This document shows, in pieces, positions 1 through 6,996 of a DNA stretch of 32,000 nt. Both the position numbers and the translations under genes were made by a program. How positions within the stretch are numbered: position 1 is the first letter of the stretch; every line of letters starts with the position of its first letter. The notes under the pieces are model-generated. The model was not told where the DNA came from and searched no databases. It worked only from the letters and a program-made list of their open reading frames with translations. Source of the stretch: Nostoc sp. PCC 7120 = FACHB-418 (GTDB lineage Bacteria > Cyanobacteriota > Cyanobacteriia > Cyanobacteriales > Nostocaceae); assembly GCF_000009705.1 (NCBI RefSeq), contig NC_003276.1:240001-272000 (forward strand), written 5' to 3'.

Positions 1-1324
1 CGCGCCACCAAGCCATCAATTCAGTTTTGCCTGTTCCCATACCGCTTTTCAAACCAACTAATCCTGATTTTGGTAACAGTAATCTCCGGTTTTTACCCAC
101 AGGAGCGTTAGTTTCGGTTTGGTTCTGTGTTGGGGATGGAGGTAATATTTTGGGTTTTGTATGGGGAGTTTGGGGGAAAAGTTCTAGTAATAGCTGCTGT
201 AAACCATCCTCATCAGGAGTAATATTGTTTTGTTTAAGCTGGATAAGACTTTCAACTGGCGGCGGTTGTGCATTAGGTTCATCCTCAACTACAAGTGCTT
301 GAGTTAAGTAGCGTTCATTCACAATCAAATCTGGTTTGTACTTCCTTAGCCCCCGATGCTTGACTAAAAATGATTGCTGGTAGTCATTGAGCGATAGTGC
401 ATCCAGAGCGATCGCCGTTAGCAGTGCATTGGCATCTTCACCTCGCGCCACCACGAAATCATCCACACCTTTCTCTGGCCCTGGCAATTGAATTATCTCG
501 CACACACATCCTGCCGCTTCAATCGCTTTGCCCGTGCGAACTGTTGCCTGATAAACTGACCAACGGGTTTTTAGCTTTGTCTCGTAGTCGAACAAAATTT
601 GAAACTTCCGCCCCGGCTGCGCTAGTGGTAGCAAGTCTGGGTGCAGTCTCTCGTCAAAATCCCTACGTCCTACCCGTCCGTTCCAAATACCGGGGAGTGC
701 GATCGCTACAAATCCTAAACTGAGCAAACAGGCTGCTTTCTTTTCACCTTCGCAAAGTATGACGGGAATTTGCGGATTAGCGATTACCCACTCCCAGAAT
801 ATCAGTGCGTGGAGTTTATCTTGTAATCGCCGGGAGAGGGATGAGTGGTATTGCTTGATGTTGTACCTTCGTGCTACCAACCCCCAAATGTAATCCGGTA
901 CATCAAAGTATGTTACTCGGTTGGCAACTTTCGGCGGCGATTCATATTTAACTGGCTTGCCTTTTTCCCAATCAATGCGGGGATTGGAGGGTTTGAATCG
1001 TCCCCACTCCATCGGGAGCCAGTTGCGCTGCGGGTCTAGCCCGGATATCCACATCCCCCCGGCTAGTAGGTGCAGATATGCTTTTAAGAATCCGTCTGTC
1101 ACTCGACCTGCGTTTTTACGCGGAATCTCAGGAGAGATGAACAGGTATTCGTAAATCGCCTCTCCCTCAATATGCTGGAAATTACGCTCAATCAACGATG
1201 GATGAATGGCGCTGCCCACCGCTAACTCATGATACTCGGCGGCGGTGAGATTGTTGGGGTATTCAATTTCTTTTGACAGCAATTGATCCCCAATACCCGA
1301 CTGTGGGTATTGGTTATTTTTCAC
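1..1324 (-). CDS. Plasmid replication protein, CyRepA-like (DUF3854/TOPRIM-primase-like domain plus P-loop helicase). First ~441 codons only; the 3' end lies beyond the window.
   Basis: Absent from the ORF track because it has no stop codon inside the window. Reading the reverse complement from GTG at 1324 (GGAGGA about 8 nt upstream) gives an uninterrupted frame: VKNNQYPQSGIGDQLL...AAEYHELAVGSAIHPSLIERNF...VILCEGEKKAACLLSLGFVAIALPGIWNG...GVDDFVVARGEDA...GLKSGMGTGKTELMAWW. EGEKK and VDDF are TOPRIM-like acidic motifs and GMGTGKT is a Walker A motif. The family assignment is from memory of cyanobacterial CyRepA/DUF3854 proteins. Confidence 0.8.
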   Translation of the reverse strand, partial: MKNNQYPQSGIGDQLLSKEIEYPNNLTAAEYHELAVGSAIHPSLIERNFQHIEGEAIYEYLFISPEIPRKNAGRVTDGFLKAYLHLLAGGMWISGLDPQRNWLPMEWGRFKPSNPRIDWEKGKPVKYESPPKVANRVTYFDVPDYIWGLVARRYNIKQYHSSLSRRLQDKLHALIFWEWVIANPQIPVILCEGEKKAACLLSLGFVAIALPGIWNGRVGRRDFDERLHPDLLPLAQPGRKFQILFDYETKLKTRWSVYQATVRTGKAIEAAGCVCEIIQLPGPEKGVDDFVVARGEDANALLTAIALDALSLNDYQQSFLVKHRGLRKYKPDLIVNERYLTQALVVEDEPNAQPPPVESLIQLKQNNITPDEDGLQQLLLELFPQTPHTKPKILPPSPTQNQTETNAPVGKNRRLLLPKSGLVGLKSGMGTGKTELMAWWR

Positions 1325-1999
1325 GGTAGATTCCTCCGATAACTTGGTTTTCAAGTCTCAGAGGGGGCTTTTCAATCAAGAATAATAAATTTAGGAGCCA
1401 AGAGAATTAGAGTCCCAAGATTTTAAAGGGCTATACTCTGACCGACTGTAGATATCGTCTCGCTATGTTCACAGTCTATTTCTCACACTAGTAGTGCGCT
1501 AAGTTTTGTTTAAGGAATAAAGGGTAAAGGGTAAAAGAACTCATGCTTTAGCCCTTTTCCGTTTCATCGTTCTTTTTTTACCTAGCCTTAACCGGAAATG
1601 GTTGGGTTGGCAAGCTACTAGAAAACGACTCAGGATTTATTCTGACTTCTAAACTTCTGAATTCTCTTAATTACGCTGCTTTTAACAAAAATTTATTTAA
1701 TGTAAATATAATTTTTTGCCACGATGCCAAAAAAAGCCAAGCAAAAGTTGTCTTTACTTCTACTTTTATGGCTATAATGAGCATAGTAAAGCAGCGTGGT
1801 GTCTTACTGACAAGTTAGTGGTTTTAAGTCGCCAAACTATCGCCCACTTTCTCAGTCATCAGGAGATCAACCCCGCTCTGAAAATATTAAATTGTCCGAA
1901 TTTCAGGCAAAGCGGCACTCCTTAGTACGTTTTGCCTAACTTTTTGTGTATTGTTTGTTCTCCTCCAGTTTTACGTATTATTGTCCCGTTTGATCTTAC

Positions 2000-3358
2000 G
2001 AGCCGTGAAGCGTAAAGCCCCCGTATTTTTAATCGGGGGATATAAGCGAATGACCGAATTTATTCGGTCGTAACATGGTATAATTACGTCAGAGAGTTTG
2101 ACGTAAAAATGCTAGTATTTGAGACAAAACTTGAAGGAACAAACGAGCAGTATCAATTGCTGGATGAGGCGATTAAAACTGCTCGTTTTGTCCGCAATGC
2201 TTGCCTCCGGTACTGGATGGACAACCAAAACATCGGCAGGTATGATTTGAGTGCTTATTGCGCTGTCCTTGCTGCCAATGAAAACTTTCCGTTCGTTGCC
2301 AAACTCAACTCTATGGCTCGACAAGCTTCTGCTGAAAGAGCGTGGAGTGCAATTGCTCGGTTTTTTGACAATTGCAAGCAAAACAAAACCGGGAAGAAAG
2401 GTTATCCACGCTTTAAAAAAGAACAGACGCATGGGAGTGTTGAGTATAAAACTAGCGGCTGGAAGCTTAGTAGTGACCGTCGTTATGTCACTTTTAGCGA
2501 CGGATTTAAAGCAGGAACTTTCAAACTCTGGGGAACTCGTGACTTGCATTTCTACCAGTTGAAACAGTTCAAGAGGGTGCGGGTTGTGCGTCGTGCCGAT
2601 GGGTACTACGCGCAGTTTTGCATTGACCAAGAGCGAGTAGAAAGGCGAGAACCAACGCTTAAAACTATTGGGCTGGATGTGGGATTGAACCATTTCTTGA
2701 CCGATAGCGAAGGCAATACAGTTGAGAACCCTAGACACTTGCGTAAAAGCGAAAAGTCTCTCAAGAGATTGCAACGCAGATTGTCTAAAACCAAGAAGGG
2801 TTCTAACAACAGAGTCAAGGCAAGAAATCGCTTGAGTAGAAAACACCTTAAAGTAAGTAGGCAGCGTAAAGACTTCGCCGTAAAGTTGGCGAGGTGCGTA
2901 GTCCAGTCTAGCGACTTGGTAGCCTATGAGGATTTGCAGGTGCGGAACATGGTCAGGAATAGACATCTTGCCAAGTCGATTAGTGATGCAGCGTGGACGC
3001 AGTTTCGGCAATGGGTTGAGTATTTCGGCAAAGTGTTTGGTGTAGTGACTGTTGCAGTCCCACCCCATCACACTTCGCAGAATTGTTCCAACTGTGGCGA
3101 AGTAGTGAAAAAGTCGCTGAGTACAAGAACTCATGCTTGCCCTCACTGTGGACATATTCAAGACAGGGATTGGAACGCTGCACGGAACATACTTGAACTA
3201 GGACTACGTACTGTGGGACACACAGGATCTCAAGTCTCTGGAGATATCGACCTCTGTTTGGGTGAGGTAACTCCTCCAAATAAGTCGAGTCGTGGAAAGA
3301 GAAAGCCCAAGAAGTGATTCTTGGAATCCCCCGTTTTCTAAACGGGGGAGGATGTCAA
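2000..3358 (+). mobile_element. IS200/IS605-family element carrying tnpB only (IS1341-like), copy A
   Basis: Positions 1995-3360 repeat at 5633-6998. All ORF translations in several frames are identical, and I read both ends by eye. Subterminal hairpin CCCCCG-N10-CGGGGG (2018-2039) lies 18 nt inside the left end. Hairpin TCCCCCG-N9-CGGGGGA (3327-3349) lies 9-11 nt from the right end. This is IS608-like end geometry. TTAC (1996-1999) immediately precedes the element. There is no tnpA. TATAAT is at 2079-2084. The exact ends are uncertain by a few nt because the flanks share CTTAC on the left and AA on the right. Confidence 0.85.
2109..3317 (+). CDS. tnpB: TnpB (OrfB) RNA-guided endonuclease, RuvC plus zinc finger
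   Basis: 402 aa. RuvC motif I is IGLDVGLNHF, motif II is LVAYEDLQVRNM and motif III is DRDWNAARNI. The zinc finger is CSNCG...CPHCG. The layout is a typical OrfB_IS605/OrfB_Zn_ribbon arrangement. Confidence 0.95.
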   Translation: MLVFETKLEGTNEQYQLLDEAIKTARFVRNACLRYWMDNQNIGRYDLSAYCAVLAANENFPFVAKLNSMARQASAERAWSAIARFFDNCKQNKTGKKGYPRFKKEQTHGSVEYKTSGWKLSSDRRYVTFSDGFKAGTFKLWGTRDLHFYQLKQFKRVRVVRRADGYYAQFCIDQERVERREPTLKTIGLDVGLNHFLTDSEGNTVENPRHLRKSEKSLKRLQRRLSKTKKGSNNRVKARNRLSRKHLKVSRQRKDFAVKLARCVVQSSDLVAYEDLQVRNMVRNRHLAKSISDAAWTQFRQWVEYFGKVFGVVTVAVPPHHTSQNCSNCGEVVKKSLSTRTHACPHCGHIQDRDWNAARNILELGLRTVGHTGSQVSGDIDLCLGEVTPPNKSSRGKRKPKK

Positions 3359-3745
3359 AAAACTTCGCGTCTTTTCGCATCTAACAAGATTATTATTGTT
3401 TACTTTCGTTACCTCCATGTTTGTTAATGGTTGTTCTTTCTCAAGCAGACAGAGGCGTGGTTGTGGTCTCTGCTTTGGGTTTGCGCTCGAAAACCTGTAT
3501 TTTGGGTTCACAGCTAAGACGAACCCATATTCATTTGACTGATCGAGTTTACCAGTGATTGCTGCTACCCACTGCGGGTAATTAGTAGCAGCATCGGTCA
3601 GCTTCTTCCATACCTTCGGTTTAACTGTGACAGTAATGATGCGCCCATCACAATCGATATCAAGTTGTTGCCAATTGTTTTCTATTGTTTTGGCTTCAGG
3701 TAATTTGTTAATGTTTATAGTTACTTCTAGTTTTCCTGCAATCAT
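3338..3745 (-). CDS. Small conserved hypothetical protein, downstream partner of the STAND NTPase. Its 3' end is altered by IS copy A.
   Basis: 135-aa ORF. The ATG lies 11 nt after the STAND stop codon with GAGG in the gap (cagaGGtagacATG). The N-terminal ~90 aa look like a folded domain (MIAGKLEVTININKLPEAK...YPQWVAAITGKL). The last 7-8 codons (FLTSSPV) are encoded by the right end of the IS, so the native C-terminus is lost. Confidence 0.6.
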   Translation of the reverse strand: MIAGKLEVTININKLPEAKTIENNWQQLDIDCDGRIITVTVKPKVWKKLTDAATNYPQWVAAITGKLDQSNEYGFVLAVNPKYRFSSANPKQRPQPRLCLLEKEQPLTNMEVTKVNNNNLVRCEKTRSFLTSSPV

Positions 3746-3756
3746 GTCTACCTCTG

Positions 3757-5289
3757 TTATGATGCGATGGCATTCTGCTCGCCATAGGTGTTCGCTATAG
3801 GTGAGGAAGTTTGTAATGAATGTACTAGTCCTAGTGGATCTGTCATAATGTATTTTCTGATGACTGGTTGGAGAGAAAAACTAATTTCTTTGGTAAGTGG
3901 ATCTTTTATAGTTTCTATTAACGATTGTTTTTCAAGTCCCTCTAATCCTCTGATTAACTCTGAAGTTGAAACTGGGTTTTCTTCTTTATTATTCATGTCA
4001 ACTAATAATTCTGCAAAGCTGACACTACTTAAACTTAGCGTTAACTTCTCTGCTAGATAAATCATTATACGTTTCTGAATTTTGCTTAATAGTTGCTGGC
4101 TAAATATTTGATTAAGCATTTCTTGAAATTGATCGCTAACTAACGTTGTTGGGCTTTCAAAAAATTTTTCTGTACTGCTGGAGAAGAAATGATGAATGCG
4201 ATTGACTACGGCTTTCAATTCAGAGGGATTTCCGCGATAAGTTTTAACCAATTCATTACACTCCTCTGTGTCTGTAAATCCATTAATAGATAAAATCTTT
4301 AATGCAGCGTCTACTTCTAAGCCTTCAATTCTAAGAAAACTAACAGGTAATTCAGAAGCTATCAAGCTTTCAATCACATCAGGAAAAGTTCGACTATTTA
4401 AAATGATGCAGCTTTGATTTTGTTCTTCTGCTAAACGGCGAAAAAATAATCTATACTCTAGGCGTTGCTGGAGGTTATTCTTGTGAAATAAAGCTTCCAA
4501 AGTATCTAATATTATTAAGCATCGATGTGATTGCAACTGCTTGATTAGATATGTAATCATTGTGTGAGTATCTTTAGGTAAGCTTAACTGCTGCTCTAAA
4601 GGTTGAATTAATTCTATTATTTCAGCCACTAAATCTTGAAGCAGTGGTGCATGAGCGACTGATTTCCAAATTAAGTAATCAAATTTGGGTTGAGATTCTG
4701 AACTAATTTCTGCTACTAGTTTCGCTGCTAAGGCTGTTTTCCCTATTCCTGCAATCCCTACTAGCAAAATACAACGCTGCTTGAATATTAATTCCTTTAG
4801 AAGAGCTAATTCTTTTGTCCGCCCATAAAAATTGGATACATCAGGAAGCCAAGTTCCCACTACTCGTACTAAATTGTTAGTAACCGATGTTTGCTCTTTA
4901 CTTATTACATCTTGTGCTAAATACTTTTTGGTTACTTGCTCTAAAAAGTACCTTAAGTTTTTTTTCCCAATTTTTTCGCCGTTTCCCAGCAGTTTTGAGA
5001 ATAGATCCCATAACGGAGGTGCTACACGTCGTTGTAAATAGTTAAGTGTATAATCTGAACTGTGTGCTATCTCCTCATATTCTTCGTTATGCCAAGCTCC
5101 CTTGATAACAAGTATTTCAGCTTCAGATAAACACTTGCGTCTGTTGGCTAATACTAATTCATCTATTACAGCCAAAGCTTCATCGAAAGTTACAGTTACT
5201 GAAAATACTTGCCCTAAAACTTTCTGCTCATGAGAAGCATTTGAGGTAAAGGCAGTAGACGGAGGTGTCGATTCAGCAGTAAAGTCCAT
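3757..5289 (-). CDS. STAND-class NTPase: N-terminal sigma70-r4/LuxR-like HTH domain plus NB-ARC/AAA ATPase, with no C-terminal repeat sensor
   Basis: 510 aa. The segment LSEAEILVIKGAWHNEEYEEIAHSSDYTLNYLQRRVAPPLWDLFSKLLG...KIGKKNLRYFLEQ resembles the HTH module found at the N-terminus of many cyanobacterial NB-ARC-WD40 proteins. Walker A is LLVGIAGIGKTALA and Walker B is CLIILDTLE. YGRTKEL precedes the P-loop, as in NB-ARC proteins. Confidence 0.85.
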   Translation of the reverse strand: MDFTAESTPPSTAFTSNASHEQKVLGQVFSVTVTFDEALAVIDELVLANRRKCLSEAEILVIKGAWHNEEYEEIAHSSDYTLNYLQRRVAPPLWDLFSKLLGNGEKIGKKNLRYFLEQVTKKYLAQDVISKEQTSVTNNLVRVVGTWLPDVSNFYGRTKELALLKELIFKQRCILLVGIAGIGKTALAAKLVAEISSESQPKFDYLIWKSVAHAPLLQDLVAEIIELIQPLEQQLSLPKDTHTMITYLIKQLQSHRCLIILDTLEALFHKNNLQQRLEYRLFFRRLAEEQNQSCIILNSRTFPDVIESLIASELPVSFLRIEGLEVDAALKILSINGFTDTEECNELVKTYRGNPSELKAVVNRIHHFFSSSTEKFFESPTTLVSDQFQEMLNQIFSQQLLSKIQKRIMIYLAEKLTLSLSSVSFAELLVDMNNKEENPVSTSELIRGLEGLEKQSLIETIKDPLTKEISFSLQPVIRKYIMTDPLGLVHSLQTSSPIANTYGEQNAIAS

Positions 5290-5493
5290 ATCTTTCTTCG
5301 GTTTGATATTGTATCAAAAATATTTGGGGTCTATGATGTTTTTGGGTTAGAAGAGGTGGCTAGTAAAATGATACTGCACTTATATGATACCTTCTATTTG
5401 TTTACAATTATTCATATAGATAAATTTTATAAGATTTTCTAATATAAATGATTATGTTTTATTTTAAGCAGGGTAAGGGGGTGAGAAAGTCCG

Positions 5494-5646
5494 GTGAGTT
5501 ATTGTATCAATCCCTTGTGCGCTCAACGTCAAAATCCCGATGATGTTGAAACCTGTCTTTATTGTGGTACTTCACTGCTAATTAACGACCGTATCCGCTT
5601 AATCAAACCACTAAGATTGCTTACTGACAATCCTTACGAGCCGTGA
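5494..5646 (+). pseudogene. 5' fragment of a Ser/Thr kinase gene (4-Cys zinc-ribbon prefix), cut off by IS copy B
   Basis: The GTG at 5494 gives (M)SYCINPLCAQRQNPDDVETCLYCGTSLLINDRIRLIKPLRLLTDNPY. The frame then enters the IS left end at 5638 and stops after EP (TGA 5644-5646). The CxxC...CxxC prefix is typical of cyanobacterial kinases. Confidence 0.8.
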
Positions 5647-6996
5647 AGCGTAAAGCCCCCGTATTTTTAATCGGGGGATATAAGCGAATGACCGAATTTA
5701 TTCGGTCGTAACATGGTATAATTACGTCAGAGAGTTTGACGTAAAAATGCTAGTATTTGAGACAAAACTTGAAGGAACAAACGAGCAGTATCAATTGCTG
5801 GATGAGGCGATTAAAACTGCTCGTTTTGTCCGCAATGCTTGCCTCCGGTACTGGATGGACAACCAAAACATCGGCAGGTATGATTTGAGTGCTTATTGCG
5901 CTGTCCTTGCTGCCAATGAAAACTTTCCGTTCGTTGCCAAACTCAACTCTATGGCTCGACAAGCTTCTGCTGAAAGAGCGTGGAGTGCAATTGCTCGGTT
6001 TTTTGACAATTGCAAGCAAAACAAAACCGGGAAGAAAGGTTATCCACGCTTTAAAAAAGAACAGACGCATGGGAGTGTTGAGTATAAAACTAGCGGCTGG
6101 AAGCTTAGTAGTGACCGTCGTTATGTCACTTTTAGCGACGGATTTAAAGCAGGAACTTTCAAACTCTGGGGAACTCGTGACTTGCATTTCTACCAGTTGA
6201 AACAGTTCAAGAGGGTGCGGGTTGTGCGTCGTGCCGATGGGTACTACGCGCAGTTTTGCATTGACCAAGAGCGAGTAGAAAGGCGAGAACCAACGCTTAA
6301 AACTATTGGGCTGGATGTGGGATTGAACCATTTCTTGACCGATAGCGAAGGCAATACAGTTGAGAACCCTAGACACTTGCGTAAAAGCGAAAAGTCTCTC
6401 AAGAGATTGCAACGCAGATTGTCTAAAACCAAGAAGGGTTCTAACAACAGAGTCAAGGCAAGAAATCGCTTGAGTAGAAAACACCTTAAAGTAAGTAGGC
6501 AGCGTAAAGACTTCGCCGTAAAGTTGGCGAGGTGCGTAGTCCAGTCTAGCGACTTGGTAGCCTATGAGGATTTGCAGGTGCGGAACATGGTCAGGAATAG
6601 ACATCTTGCCAAGTCGATTAGTGATGCAGCGTGGACGCAGTTTCGGCAATGGGTTGAGTATTTCGGCAAAGTGTTTGGTGTAGTGACTGTTGCAGTCCCA
6701 CCCCATCACACTTCGCAGAATTGTTCCAACTGTGGCGAAGTAGTGAAAAAGTCGCTGAGTACAAGAACTCATGCTTGCCCTCACTGTGGACATATTCAAG
6801 ACAGGGATTGGAACGCTGCACGGAACATACTTGAACTAGGACTACGTACTGTGGGACACACAGGATCTCAAGTCTCTGGAGATATCGACCTCTGTTTGGG
6901 TGAGGTAACTCCTCCAAATAAGTCGAGTCGTGGAAAGAGAAAGCCCAAGAAGTGATTCTTGGAATCCCCCGTTTTCTAAACGGGGGAGGATGTCAA
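5638..6996 (+). mobile_element. IS200/IS605-family tnpB-only element, copy B, identical to copy A and inserted in the kinase gene
   Basis: Same sequence as 2000-3358. Preceded by TTAC (5634-5637). An end at 6996 is the only position at or before 6998 (the right limit of the 1995-3360 / 5633-6998 identity) that restores the kinase reading frame on precise excision. Confidence 0.85.
5747..6955 (+). CDS. tnpB: TnpB, identical to the copy at 2109-3317
   Basis: The 402-aa translation is identical to copy A. Confidence 0.95.
   Translation: MLVFETKLEGTNEQYQLLDEAIKTARFVRNACLRYWMDNQNIGRYDLSAYCAVLAANENFPFVAKLNSMARQASAERAWSAIARFFDNCKQNKTGKKGYPRFKKEQTHGSVEYKTSGWKLSSDRRYVTFSDGFKAGTFKLWGTRDLHFYQLKQFKRVRVVRRADGYYAQFCIDQERVERREPTLKTIGLDVGLNHFLTDSEGNTVENPRHLRKSEKSLKRLQRRLSKTKKGSNNRVKARNRLSRKHLKVSRQRKDFAVKLARCVVQSSDLVAYEDLQVRNMVRNRHLAKSISDAAWTQFRQWVEYFGKVFGVVTVAVPPHHTSQNCSNCGEVVKKSLSTRTHACPHCGHIQDRDWNAARNILELGLRTVGHTGSQVSGDIDLCLGEVTPPNKSSRGKRKPKK

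Noticed and set aside
27-1154. Four plus-strand ORFs (27-302, 397-723, 845-1039, 921-1154) listed in the ORF track
   Set aside because: They lie antisense to a continuous, strongly recognisable CyRepA-like coding frame on the minus strand, and their translations are low-complexity.
2112-3161. 349-aa antisense ORF inside tnpB (and its twin at 5750-6799) as a real protein-coding gene
   Set aside because: The translation has no recognisable motifs and its composition is the mirror image of tnpB codons. The open frame is explained by the absence of three sense codons. I kept it only as a codon-usage observation.
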